Shown one piece after another: positions 29,301 to 38,590 of a stretch of 64,000 nucleotides of DNA (its first letter is position 1; every line of letters begins with the position of its first letter). Below the pieces are notes generated by a model. That model was not told the origin of the DNA, made no database searches, and saw only the letters and a list, made by a program, of their open reading frames with translations. This DNA is from an uncultured Acidobacteriota bacterium. Its GTDB lineage: Bacteria; Acidobacteriota; Thermoanaerobaculia; Multivoradales; UBA5704. A program made the translations under genes and the position numbers. The stretch lies in contig CAVYRF010000002.1 of NCBI GenBank assembly GCA_963770895.1, forward strand, positions 5,760,001-5,824,000, in the 5' to 3' direction.

Positions 29301-29765
29301 CTGGCCTCGGGCCACAAGGCGCTGGTGTTTTCGCAGTTCACCAGCCTGCTGGCCATCCTGCGCCGCCACCTGGACGCGCAGGGCATCACCCACGCCTATC
29401 TCGACGGCCAGACCCGCGACCGCGCCGCGCGCGTCGAGCAGTTTCAGGGCGACCCCGCGTGCAAGCTCTTCCTGGTCAGCCTGAAGGCCGGCGGCCTGGG
29501 CCTCAACCTGACGGCCGCCGACTACGTGTACCTGCTCGATCCGTGGTGGAACCCGGCGGTCGAGGCGCAGGCCATCGACCGCGCCCACCGCATCGGCCAG
29601 ACCCGCCAGGTGTTCGCCTACCGCATCGTCGCCAAGGACACCGTGGAGGAGAAGATCCTGCTGTTGCAGCAGAGCAAGCGCCAGGTCGCCGACGCCATCA
29701 TCAGCGCCGACGACACCCTGCTGCGCCGGCTGAGCCGCGACGACCTGGATCTGCTGCTGTCCTGA
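26370..29765 (+). CDS. SWIM zinc finger + SNF2-family helicase
   Basis: CTC..CKH SWIM; LADDMGLGKT, DEAQ, LTGTPVEN, SLKAGGLGLNL, QAIDRAHRIGQ. Confidence 0.93.
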   Translation: MDLAASLSSHVTRAVRYRGTAYFHAGRVTLLKRGAEMVTAAVSGTKPYHVELTRRDRSLAVSCTCPHFERDQQACKHIWATLLAASSLGHLVPPSGEAPRWITPVATVPTSGNGSGDARTAAAAAAARDGSALPLAARGGAAASALAGAGGAFASQAWRLADPMPQSPPAPPPPPTWRSHLASLDIAAVPAAGRGKRIEEVQYVIDRAASSRTGGLVIELLERGRRANGEWGKARSLKLDRGDIASRVPLEVDRQILALLGGARSHPSFYAGWMTYADALPSRAEAPEMLGPLLAPLLAATGRASLRPAPEALPGPPLTWDAGAPWQLWLAVRRGQDGSQYQVEGSWRRGDERLALDQVALTLRSGILVTADRMARLDHGGSFAWIPLLNRIHRLEVPAAEIEQLAARLLAEHDLQRLDLPPELRCEEVSETPTPRLLLHAPGSPAERWQRATAMLRYSAGDVAPDAPGQRLYRAAPDRRLVRRDREAEARAQRRLADGGFQPAGDGDPHGTLRIERRRVADVAPQLLAEGWLLEAEGRPLRAPTHPQLAVSSHIDWFELRGGVDFDGQIVALPDLLLALRRGATTIRLGDGATGLLPEEWLRRVAPLAELGQPSGDHLRFQPAQAGLLDSLLAAEPAATADRGFADARRRLAGFAGIEPAAPPPGFHGELRPYQRAGLGWLHFLREFGFGGCLADDMGLGKTVQVLALLASRRRLRKRQGLGPSLVVVPRSLIFNWIAEAARFTPALRVRNYTGTQRHRHDQPLDDCDLVLTTYGTLRRDAGRLSAIEFDYLILDEAQAIKNPASESAKAARRLKGRHRLALTGTPVENHLGDLWSLLEFLNPGITGASAILRSATGMLRDPDETTRAQLARGLRPFILRRTKEQVAPELPAKFEQTIVCELTAGQRRLYDELRQHFRSTLALRVDERGLGRSKMLVLEALLRLRQAACHPGLIDPARGGEPSAKLDFLLPQLAEVLASGHKALVFSQFTSLLAILRRHLDAQGITHAYLDGQTRDRAARVEQFQGDPACKLFLVSLKAGGLGLNLTAADYVYLLDPWWNPAVEAQAIDRAHRIGQTRQVFAYRIVAKDTVEEKILLLQQSKRQVADAIISADDTLLRRLSRDDLDLLLS

Positions 29766-29837
29766 CCGGCGGCTCGCCGCCCGCGCCGGCGCCGGCGGCG
29801 ATGCTCGGGGGGCTGGGGGTGCTGGGGGCGCTGCCTT

Positions 29838-32678
29838 TCATTCGTCGCGCAACGCCTCGATCGGCTGGATGCCGGCGGCACGGCGCGCCGGCACGAAGCC
29901 GGCGACCAGGGCGACCAGAGCCAGCGTGGCGGTCGCTGCGCCCCAGGTCGCGGGATCGTGGGCGGTGACGCCGAACAGCTGGCCGGCCACCAGCCGCGCC
30001 AGGCCCCAGGTCGCCAGCAGGCCGCAGGCCGCCCCGATCCCGACCAGCAGCAGCGTTTCGCGCATCACCAGGCCCAGCAGCTGGCGGCGCGGCGCGCCCA
30101 GCGCCAGGCGCAGGCCGATCTCGCCGGTGCGCCGGGCCACGCCGTAGGACATCACGGCGTACAGGCCGACCGCCGCCAGCAGCAGCGCCAGGGCGCCGAA
30201 AAAGCCGGTCAGCCGGGCGACGGCGCGCTCGCGCGAAAGCGACCGCGACAGCTGCTCGTCCATGGTGGTGACGCTGAGAACGGGCAGGTTCGGCGCCACC
30301 TCCGCCACGGCGCGGCGCAGCTGTGCCGCCACCTCCCCGAGGCCGGTGCCGCCGCCGCCGGCGCCGCCGGCCGCCGGGGAATCGACGCGCAGCTCGATGT
30401 CGCGCAGCACGTTCGCCTCGTGGAATCGGGCGGGGATCTGCGCCGCCGGCAGGTAGGCGAGCGGCGCCGCGTCTTCGCCCAGGCGGTGGTACTTGCCGTC
30501 CTTGACCACGCCGACGATTTCAAGGTCGCGCGCGTGCTCGGCGCCGCCGAAGCCGAAACGGCGCCCGATCGGCGACCCCGGCGGCAGGTAGCGGCGCACC
30601 AGCGCCTGGTTGACCACCGCCACCAGCGGCGCGCCGGCGCGGTCGCGCGGCTCGAAGCCGCGGCCGGCGACGAGCGGCAGCCCGACGGTGGCGAAGTAGC
30701 GCGGCGTGACGGTCGTGTGCTGCACCCCCAGGTCTTCGTGCGGCCGTGGGTTGTAGCCGGGCACCTGGATCTTGCCGTTGTCGACGTCTTCGGTCAGCAG
30801 GCGCGACCGCGACAGGCTCACCGAGCGCACGCCGCCGATGGCTTCCAGCCGCTGGCTCAGGCGGTCGTAGAACGCCGCGAACCCGGCGGTGTCGCGGTAG
30901 CCGAGCAGTTGGGGATCGACGCCGGCCGTCACCAGGCCGCCGGCGGCATAGCCGGGATCGACGCGCAACAGGTTCTGCAGGCTGCGCACGAACAGGCCCG
31001 CGCCGCACAGCAGCACCAGCGACAGCCCCACCTGCGCCGCCACCAGCGCCTTGCCCAGCGGCAGCCGCCTGCCGGCGGCGCCGGGGCCCTTCATCGACCG
31101 CGCCCCCTGGCGCAGCACCGAGGCCAGGTCGACCCGCGTCGCCTGGAGCGCCGGCACCAGGCCGAAGGCGAGACCGGTGAGCAGCGCGACCAGCGTCGCA
31201 AATGCCACCTTGCGCAGATCGAGGTCGACGTCGAGCGGCACCGGCGCGTCGCCCAGCGAGACCAGGCGCAGCAGCAGGCGGCTCCCCCAGGCGGCGAAGA
31301 CCAGGCCCAGGGCGCCGCCCAGGCCGGAGAGCAGCAGGCTTTCGACGACCAGCTGCCGCACCAGGCGCGCGCGGCCGGCGCCGATGCCCAGGCGCACCGC
31401 CATCTCGCGGCGCCGCCGGTCGGCGCGCGCCAGCAGCAGGGTGGCGACGTTGGCGCAGGCGATCAGCAGCACCAGGCCGGCCAGGCCGCTGAGCAGCAGC
31501 AGCGGGCTGGTCAGGGTCTGGCGCAGATTCGCCAGGCCGCGCGCGCCGGGCGAAACCACCAGCTTTGCCGCCTGCAGCCGGCTGCGGTCGGCGGCATCGC
31601 CGCGCCCCGCAAGCTCGCCCTGCTTTTCGCGCGCATAGACGACGTCGAGCAGCGCCCGCGCCGCCTGCAAGCTCACTCCCGCGCGGCGCTTGGCCAGCAG
31701 CTGGAGCCAGTGCCGGTTGACCTGGTGCCACACCGGCTGGCGCGGATCTTCAGGTCCGTCGATGGTCATCGAGCCGACGTAGCGGACGGCGTCGCGCAGC
31801 GTCACCGGCAGGAACAGGTCGGGGGCCTGGTCGGCCAGCACGCCGCGAAAGCCGCGCGGCAGGACGCCGACGACGGTGACCGGGGTGCCGTTGACCAGGA
31901 GCGGCTGCCCCACCGCCGCCGGATCGCCGCCGAAACGCCGCCGCCAGTAGCCGTCGCTGATCACCGCCACCGGGCGGCCGGCGGCGAGGCTGTCTTCGGC
32001 GGCGGTGAAGGTGCGCCCGGCGACCGCGCCGACGCCGAGGACGGCGAAGAAGTTGCCCGACACCAGCTGGGCGTCCGCCGGCTCGCCGTCGTCGGCGCCA
32101 GCGCCGGGCCGGGAGGCGCCGCCTGGCAGCCGCACCACGGCGGTGAAGTCGTCGGTGACCGCCAGCACCCCGGTGCACGCCGGCGACGCCGAGTCGGCGA
32201 AGAGGCGGAAGGCCGGATACGAAAACAGCTGGGCGGGCGTGCCGTCGATCTGCTTGCTGAGCACCACCAGGCGATCGGCGCCGGGCACCGGCAGCGGCTT
32301 GAGCAGCAGCGCGTCGACCAGGCTGAAGATGGCGCTGTTGGTGCCGATGCCAAAGGCCAGCAGCAGCAGGGTCACGGCGGTGAAGCCGGAGCTTTTGCGC
32401 ATGGTTCGCCAGGCGTGGCGCAGGTCCTGGAGCGTGGCTTCCAACACCGGCACGCCGCGGCCGGCGCGGTGGCTTTCGCGCACCCTTTCCAGCGCGCCGC
32501 CCGGCGCCAGGTCCAGGCGCGCCGCGCGCCGCGCCGCATCCGGGGCCATGCCGCGCGCCGCAAGGTCGCGCGCCGCCATCTCGACATGGAATTGCAGCTC
32601 TTCGTCCAGCCTCGCATCCAGCTCGCGGCGGCGAAACAGGCTCGCCAGACGCGCCACCCAGCTCCGCAGCATGCTCAT
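29838..32678 (-). CDS. ADOP-family duplicated ABC permease (MacB/FtsX x2)
   Basis: LDEELQFH, QDLRHAWR, IGTNSAIFS, LLIACANVA, RRTGEIGLRLALGA, PARRAA.I.P..ALR. Confidence 0.9.
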   Translation of the reverse strand: MSMLRSWVARLASLFRRRELDARLDEELQFHVEMAARDLAARGMAPDAARRAARLDLAPGGALERVRESHRAGRGVPVLEATLQDLRHAWRTMRKSSGFTAVTLLLLAFGIGTNSAIFSLVDALLLKPLPVPGADRLVVLSKQIDGTPAQLFSYPAFRLFADSASPACTGVLAVTDDFTAVVRLPGGASRPGAGADDGEPADAQLVSGNFFAVLGVGAVAGRTFTAAEDSLAAGRPVAVISDGYWRRRFGGDPAAVGQPLLVNGTPVTVVGVLPRGFRGVLADQAPDLFLPVTLRDAVRYVGSMTIDGPEDPRQPVWHQVNRHWLQLLAKRRAGVSLQAARALLDVVYAREKQGELAGRGDAADRSRLQAAKLVVSPGARGLANLRQTLTSPLLLLSGLAGLVLLIACANVATLLLARADRRRREMAVRLGIGAGRARLVRQLVVESLLLSGLGGALGLVFAAWGSRLLLRLVSLGDAPVPLDVDLDLRKVAFATLVALLTGLAFGLVPALQATRVDLASVLRQGARSMKGPGAAGRRLPLGKALVAAQVGLSLVLLCGAGLFVRSLQNLLRVDPGYAAGGLVTAGVDPQLLGYRDTAGFAAFYDRLSQRLEAIGGVRSVSLSRSRLLTEDVDNGKIQVPGYNPRPHEDLGVQHTTVTPRYFATVGLPLVAGRGFEPRDRAGAPLVAVVNQALVRRYLPPGSPIGRRFGFGGAEHARDLEIVGVVKDGKYHRLGEDAAPLAYLPAAQIPARFHEANVLRDIELRVDSPAAGGAGGGGTGLGEVAAQLRRAVAEVAPNLPVLSVTTMDEQLSRSLSRERAVARLTGFFGALALLLAAVGLYAVMSYGVARRTGEIGLRLALGAPRRQLLGLVMRETLLLVGIGAACGLLATWGLARLVAGQLFGVTAHDPATWGAATATLALVALVAGFVPARRAAGIQPIEALRDE

Positions 32679-32691
32679 CGCCCTGCCCTCC

Positions 32692-32730
32692 TGTCGAGAC
32701 TCTACAGGTACCTCCTGTAGACAGTCAACA
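32692..32730. promoter_or_regulatory. Tandem palindromic operators TGT(A/C)GA-N3-TC(T/A)ACA upstream of the ADOP permease
   Basis: TGTCGA-GAC-TCTACA (32692-32706) and TGTAGA-CAG-TCAACA (32716-32730). Confidence 0.6.
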
Positions 32731-32856
32731 GGGAAGAGCGCGGCGCGGTGGCCCGGACCTGGCTTTGCCGTAGAATGTGCTAACAGGACTGCCCGAGCCG
32801 TGCGACGCAAGCCGCAGGGGGTTGTGCGGGCCGCTCCGTGTTCAGCACCCATCGCC

Positions 32857-35800
32857 ATGTCGAAAACTGCCTGCATCGTGCCCTGGAGCACGCTTGTCCT
32901 CGGACCCGACGGACGCGCCAGCTTTTGCTGTGACGTACCGCAACCGCTGACCGTCCAGGGGCGGCAGGGCAGCATCTACCAGGACTCGCTCGACGACCTG
33001 TGGAACGCGCCAACGTTGGTCGCGGTGCGCACCGCCATGGCGGCAGGCGAAAAACCCGCGACCTGCCGGGTGTGCTGGGAGCGGGAGGCCGCAGGCGGCA
33101 TCAGCCGGCGCCTGCTGACCAATACCGTTTACAACCAGCTGGGCGGCCGGCTGGCCGTCGATGCGGTGACCCGCGAAGGCGCCGCCAGCGGCTTCCGGCT
33201 GGAGCGCCGCCCCGATTGGTTCATCCTGCAGCTGGGCAACGTCTGCGGTCTGAAGTGCCGCAGCTGCAGCCCGCTGTACAGCGCCCGCATCGCCGCCGAT
33301 GCGGTCCACGCAGCCTGGGCGGGGCACCAGCCGGCGCCCTTCCTGGCGCCCCCCGCGCCCGCCACCTCCGCGCCGGCTCCGGAGGCCGGCGGCGGCGCCC
33401 AGGCTGGTCCGCGGCGGCGCCTGCAACTGGCGCCGCAGGGCACGACGGCCTGGTTCGACGACATCGACAGCGTGGCCGACACCATCGCGAGCGGCGCCGG
33501 CGGCAACGCGATGCTGTCGCTTATGGGGGGCGAACCGTTCTTGATCGACAGCGTCTGGCGCCTCCTGCACGCGCTGGTCGCGCGCGGCGTCGCGGCCAAC
33601 ATCCTGGTCGCCCTGGCGACCAACGGCCAGCATCGCAAGGCCGAGCTGGCCCAGCTGGCGCCGCGGTTCCGCAGCTTCAGCCTGGCGCTGAGCATCGACG
33701 CCCACGGCAGGCTTTACGAATACCTGCGGCACGGCGCCAGCTGGCGCACGCTGGTCGACAACCTGGAGTGGTTCCGGCAGGTGCCCAACCTGGACCTGGC
33801 CGCCGTGCCGACGTTGCAGAACGGAAACGCGCTGGACATGGTGCCCCTGCTGCGCTTCCTGGACGGGCAGGAGCTGCGGCTGGCCTTCAACGTCCTGACC
33901 GAGCCCGCGCGCCTGCGACCGGCCACCCTGCCGCCCAGCGTCCGCCGCATCGCCGCCCAGCGGCTGCGCGGCTACCTGGCGGCGGAGTGCAAGCCGTTCA
34001 ACGCGCCCGTCGTGCGCGGCTATTGCGAAGCTCTCGAGGAGGCGCCAGATGACTTCGACGCGGAGCTGTTCGGGGAGTTCATGACGTTCACCAACGACCT
34101 GGACGCCAGCCGCGGCGAGAACCTGCGCGAAGCGGCCCCCGAGCTGACGGCGCTGGTGCGCGGCGCGGGGGTTGCGTGGTCCCCTGCGCACCGCCACGGG
34201 CCCGGCCCGGGCATCACCGACAGCGACGCCGCTGCCGGCACCGCCGGGCCGGAGTTCCCGCCGGCCGGCGCGCTGGACCGCGTCAACCGCACGATCGCCG
34301 CGCGCGACAGCCTGTTCGCCGGCTTTGAAACCGCAGCGCCCGGCGCCTATTTCAGCTCGGCGCTGACGCAGCTGGGCGAGCTGGACGGCCGGTTGCGGCG
34401 GCACGGCCATGGCGGCCTGGCAGGGTGCCGGGCGATCGCCGACTTCGCCTGCCACTACGGCCGGTTGACGCGCGCCCTGCGCGCCGCGCTGCCGCACGCC
34501 GCCGTGTACGCCTGCGACATCGACGACGGCGCCCTGCGGTTCTGCGCCCGCGAGCTGGGCGCGCTGCCGGTCGCGACCAGCTGGCGGCCCGACCAGGACA
34601 GCCTGCCCGGCGACCTGGACGCGGTGCTGTGCGTCTCGCTGCTGACCCACACTCCCCTCGCCCACTGGCGGCACACCCTGCGCGCCTGGTTGCGGATGCT
34701 GCGGCCTGGCGGCGTCGTCGCCTTCACCTACCTGGCGCCGCAGCACCTGGACGCCTGGCTGGCCGGTACCATGGAACACTACGGCAGCTACGACCGCCAG
34801 GCGCGCCAGGCCACGGCCGCGGCGCTGCGCCAGGACGGCTTCGGCTACGCCGCGCTCACCTCCGGCTACGGGGGAGAACCGCCGTACGGCATCGCCTTCG
34901 CCACGCCCCAGGTCGTGCGCCGGGAGATCGCCGCCGCGGGCTTTCAGCTGCTCGACCTGCCCGACGACGCCAGCCCTCTGTTCGCGCAGCAGCTCGCCCT
35001 CGCCCGCAAGCCGGACGCGGCGGCCGCGGAGGGTGCGGCGCCGGCACCGCGGGCAGCGGCTGCCGACAGCGCGACGCATGCCGGCGAAGCGACGCTTGCC
35101 GACCAGGCGGCCGTTGCCGACGAAGCGGCGGCGGTGCGCGACGTGGCGGTCGTGGCGCTGTACGACCCGCGCTGCTATGCCCCGGCGGAGCAAGGCGAAG
35201 GCGACGCGGCCGCCAGCGCCTGGGCGCGGCTGGCCGCCGCCGATCCGGCGCGGCCGCTGCCCACCGAGCTGGGCTTCGGCGATCCGCGGGTGCCCGAGGT
35301 GCGCGAGGCGCAGGCGGCGCTCGCCCGCGAGCACGGCATCGATGGGTTCTGCTACCGCTACGTGTGGCAGGCGGGCGGGCCGCGATGGGATGCACCCTGG
35401 CGCAACCTGGTGGCGAGCGGCCGGCCCGCCTTTCCGTTCTGCCTGATGGTGGAGGTCGACGATGGTGAGCCGCTGTCGATGGCCGACGCGGCGCGGCTCT
35501 TCGACGCCATCGCCGCCGGCCTGGCCGATCGCCGCTACCTGCGCGTTGCCGGGCGGTGCCTGCTGATCGTGCGCGACGCCGGGCGGCTGGCCGCGCCGCG
35601 GGCGATCGCCGCCGCATGGCGCGCCGCCGCCGCCGCCGCGGGAGCCGGTGAGCTGCATCTTTGCGCCGCCCAACCGGCGCCCGCCGATCGCCCCGAAGAT
35701 CTCGGCTTCGATTCCTTTCTGGAGGCGCCGGCGGCCGGCGGCGATCCCATCGACGCGGTGACCGAGGCGCTGGCGCGTCCCTGGCCCGCCTACCGTCTCC

Positions 35801-36642
35801 TGCGCCGGGTCGAGTGCCGCCGCGACGCCGGCGGTGCGGAGGCGGCCGAGCTCTATGAGCACTGGCTGCGCTCGGCGATCGACGCGACACGGCAGCGCGG
35901 CGAACCGGTGGTCGTCCTGGACGCCTGGAACGATTGGCTGCGCGGGCGCTATCTGGAGCCCGACGATCGCGACGGCCGCGCCGCGCTGCTCGCCACGCGG
36001 CGGTCGGCGCGCGGGCCGGCCAGCGGCCTGGTGCTGTTGCGCCAGCTGCGCGACGTACTGGGCGAGGTCGCCGGGCGTCCCGCCGCGGTGCTGTCCGAGC
36101 TGGAGCAGGTGCTGGCGCTGCACGAGCACAGCCGCGACCGGCTGCTGGCCACCATCGAAGCGGCGCTCGGCCGCAACGCCGGAGGCCCCGCCGCCACCCA
36201 GCGCTGGGTGCCGGTCGCGAGCCGGCAGCTGCCCCCTTCGGACGGCGGTTTCTGCCTCGACCGCGTGGGGACCGTCGGCGGGCCGGAGCTGCACGACGCC
36301 GACGACCCCATCCCGCTGCGCGGCGACGAAGTGAGCCTGGCGGGCTGGGCTCACGCCGGAAGCGACGAACCGAACGAAGTGGATCTATTCCTGGCCCTGG
36401 AATCGGCCAACGGCGCCGAGGATCGCATCTTCCGCGTCGCCGAACGGCGCCTGCGCGACGACGTCGCGGCGGCCTTTCCCGGCCATCCCCGCAACTGCGG
36501 CTTCGATACGATCGTCAGCCTGGCCGGCATGGCGCCGGGGACCTACGGCGTCGCCATCGTGCAGCGCACGCCGCGGGCGGCCTATCGCGACGCCACCCGC
36601 GTGGCGATCACGATCGCAGGAGCCGCGTGTTCGGAAACCTGA
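32857..36642 (+). CDS. Fusion protein: N-terminal twitch radical SAM + class I methyltransferase + degenerate GH99/WbsX-like domain + C-terminal Ig-like domain
   Basis: CIVPW..CC..CRVC twitch, CGLKCRSC, GGEPF; DFACHYGR..ACDID methyltransferase; HGIDGFCYRY..FPFCL WbsX-like; GWA..CGF. Confidence 0.82.
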   Translation: MSKTACIVPWSTLVLGPDGRASFCCDVPQPLTVQGRQGSIYQDSLDDLWNAPTLVAVRTAMAAGEKPATCRVCWEREAAGGISRRLLTNTVYNQLGGRLAVDAVTREGAASGFRLERRPDWFILQLGNVCGLKCRSCSPLYSARIAADAVHAAWAGHQPAPFLAPPAPATSAPAPEAGGGAQAGPRRRLQLAPQGTTAWFDDIDSVADTIASGAGGNAMLSLMGGEPFLIDSVWRLLHALVARGVAANILVALATNGQHRKAELAQLAPRFRSFSLALSIDAHGRLYEYLRHGASWRTLVDNLEWFRQVPNLDLAAVPTLQNGNALDMVPLLRFLDGQELRLAFNVLTEPARLRPATLPPSVRRIAAQRLRGYLAAECKPFNAPVVRGYCEALEEAPDDFDAELFGEFMTFTNDLDASRGENLREAAPELTALVRGAGVAWSPAHRHGPGPGITDSDAAAGTAGPEFPPAGALDRVNRTIAARDSLFAGFETAAPGAYFSSALTQLGELDGRLRRHGHGGLAGCRAIADFACHYGRLTRALRAALPHAAVYACDIDDGALRFCARELGALPVATSWRPDQDSLPGDLDAVLCVSLLTHTPLAHWRHTLRAWLRMLRPGGVVAFTYLAPQHLDAWLAGTMEHYGSYDRQARQATAAALRQDGFGYAALTSGYGGEPPYGIAFATPQVVRREIAAAGFQLLDLPDDASPLFAQQLALARKPDAAAAEGAAPAPRAAAADSATHAGEATLADQAAVADEAAAVRDVAVVALYDPRCYAPAEQGEGDAAASAWARLAAADPARPLPTELGFGDPRVPEVREAQAALAREHGIDGFCYRYVWQAGGPRWDAPWRNLVASGRPAFPFCLMVEVDDGEPLSMADAARLFDAIAAGLADRRYLRVAGRCLLIVRDAGRLAAPRAIAAAWRAAAAAAGAGELHLCAAQPAPADRPEDLGFDSFLEAPAAGGDPIDAVTEALARPWPAYRLLRRVECRRDAGGAEAAELYEHWLRSAIDATRQRGEPVVVLDAWNDWLRGRYLEPDDRDGRAALLATRRSARGPASGLVLLRQLRDVLGEVAGRPAAVLSELEQVLALHEHSRDRLLATIEAALGRNAGGPAATQRWVPVASRQLPPSDGGFCLDRVGTVGGPELHDADDPIPLRGDEVSLAGWAHAGSDEPNEVDLFLALESANGAEDRIFRVAERRLRDDVAAAFPGHPRNCGFDTIVSLAGMAPGTYGVAIVQRTPRAAYRDATRVAITIAGAACSET

Positions 36643-38534
36643 CCTGGATGACGGATCGCGCCCTGCTGCGCGACCTGGTGTTCCGCCTCGAGCCGGCCGC
36701 GCCGGACGCCCCCTGGGAGCTGGGCGACGACTGCTTTCGCTTCTATAAAAACCGGCAGCTGATCGATCAGTTCGATCGCTTCTGGGCGTCGACCGCGTTT
36801 CGGCCGCGCCATATGCTGGAGATCGGCATCTGGGATGGCGGCAGCACCGCCTTCTGGTACGAGCACCTGCGCCCCGAGCGGCTGGTGGCGATCGATCTCC
36901 AGGACCGGGAGGACAGCCGGTATTTTCGCCGCTGGGTGTCCGCGAACGGACTGCACGAGCGGGTGACGACGCGCTGGCGCACCGACCAGGCCGACCGCGC
37001 GGCGCTGCAACAGATCGTGGCGCGCGACCTGGACGGCCAGCTCGACCTGGTGATCGATGACGGTTCCCACCTGGACGCGCCGACGCGGGCCAGCTTCGAA
37101 GCGCTCTTCCCGCTGCTGCCGCCGGGCGGTTTCTACATCATCGAAGACTGGGCCTGGGAGCACTGGCCGGAGTTTCAGGACCCCGGCCACTTCTGGGCCG
37201 GCGAAGAGAGCCTGAGCAACCTGGTGTGCGACCTGGTGGCGGCCACCGGCAGCTCGCGGACGCTGATCCGCGGCCTGGCGGTGCACGAAGGGTTCGTCGT
37301 CGTCGAGCGCGGCGAAAGCCCTCTGGACCCGCAGGCGTTCCGCCTTGCCGACCACATCACCCGGCGGCCGTGGCGGCGGTACGGCGGCTCCCCAGCCCCC
37401 GGCAGGGCGCCTCGCCTGCGCGCCGGGCAAGCCGGCGGCGGCCAGGCCGGCGGCGGCAGCGAAGGCGGTGGCAGCGGCGACCGCGACGACGAGGACGTCA
37501 AGATCGTCGCCTTCTACCTGCCGCAATTCCATCCCATCCCCGAAAACGATCGTTGGTGGGGCAAGGGCTACACCGAGTGGTCGCGCGTGGCGCGGGCGCG
37601 GCCGCAGTTTGCCGGCCACTATCAACCTCATCTTCCGGCGTGCCTGGGCTTTTACGACCTGCGCCTGGCCGCCGCGCGCGCCGCCCAGGCGGCGCTGGCG
37701 CGCGGCCACGGCGTGCACGCATTCTGTTACTACTACTACTGGTTCGGCACCAAGACCCTGCTCGACCGGCCGCTGACGGACATGCTCGCCGGCGGCGATC
37801 CCGACCTGCCCTTCTGCCTCTGCTGGGCCAACGAGAACTGGACGCGGCGTTGGGACGGCGCCGACCGCGACCTGCTGATCGAGCAACGCTACGGCCCCGA
37901 GCTCGACGCCGTGCTGATCGAAAACCTGATGCCTTTCTTTCGCGATCCGCGCTATCTGCACGTGCAAGGCGCGCCCGTCCTGCTGGTCTACCGGCCCACC
38001 GCGATCCCGGACCCTCGAGCCACGATCGCCAGGTGGCGCCGCGCGGCGCGGGAACAGGGGCTGCCAGACGTCCACCTGGTCGCCGCGCTGACCTTCGGGT
38101 TGCAGGATCCGCGGCCGCTGGGCTTCGACGCCGCCGTGGAGTTCCCGCCGCACGGCGAAAACCTGCCCCAGAACGCCTGTGCCGTGGAAGGGCTGGAACC
38201 GGATTTCGCCGGCGAGGTGGTGGACTTTCGCGCCGTCGTCGCCCGCCGCCTGGCCCTGCCGCCGCCGCCGTTCCGCCTCTACCGCACCGCCATGGCCGGC
38301 TGGGACAACACTCCCCGCCTGGGCCGGCGGGCCGTCATCTTTCACGCCGCCTCACCCGCCGCCTACGAAGAGTGGCTGCGCGGCCTGGTCGCGACGGCCC
38401 GGCGCGAACCTCCCGATCACCGCCTGGTCTTCGTCAACGCCTGGAACGAATGGGCCGAAGGCGCCCACCTGGAACCCGACGCCCGCTTCGGCACCGGCTA
38501 CCTGGAAGCGACCCGGCGCGCCCTCAGCCGCTGA
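36627..38534 (+). CDS. Class I methyltransferase + GH99/WbsX-like glycoside hydrolase fusion
   Basis: LEIGIWDGGS, IDDGSH, YIIEDW; FYLPQFH, CWANENW, WDNTPR, NAWNEWAEGAHLEPD; GTG start with GGAG RBS (alternative ATG 36648). Confidence 0.85.
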   Translation: MFGNLTWMTDRALLRDLVFRLEPAAPDAPWELGDDCFRFYKNRQLIDQFDRFWASTAFRPRHMLEIGIWDGGSTAFWYEHLRPERLVAIDLQDREDSRYFRRWVSANGLHERVTTRWRTDQADRAALQQIVARDLDGQLDLVIDDGSHLDAPTRASFEALFPLLPPGGFYIIEDWAWEHWPEFQDPGHFWAGEESLSNLVCDLVAATGSSRTLIRGLAVHEGFVVVERGESPLDPQAFRLADHITRRPWRRYGGSPAPGRAPRLRAGQAGGGQAGGGSEGGGSGDRDDEDVKIVAFYLPQFHPIPENDRWWGKGYTEWSRVARARPQFAGHYQPHLPACLGFYDLRLAAARAAQAALARGHGVHAFCYYYYWFGTKTLLDRPLTDMLAGGDPDLPFCLCWANENWTRRWDGADRDLLIEQRYGPELDAVLIENLMPFFRDPRYLHVQGAPVLLVYRPTAIPDPRATIARWRRAAREQGLPDVHLVAALTFGLQDPRPLGFDAAVEFPPHGENLPQNACAVEGLEPDFAGEVVDFRAVVARRLALPPPPFRLYRTAMAGWDNTPRLGRRAVIFHAASPAAYEEWLRGLVATARREPPDHRLVFVNAWNEWAEGAHLEPDARFGTGYLEATRRALSR

Positions 38535-38590
38535 GCGCCCGCGAGGCGCCATTTCGTGACTCGCTCGTGACTCGCAAACCCACGTCGCCC

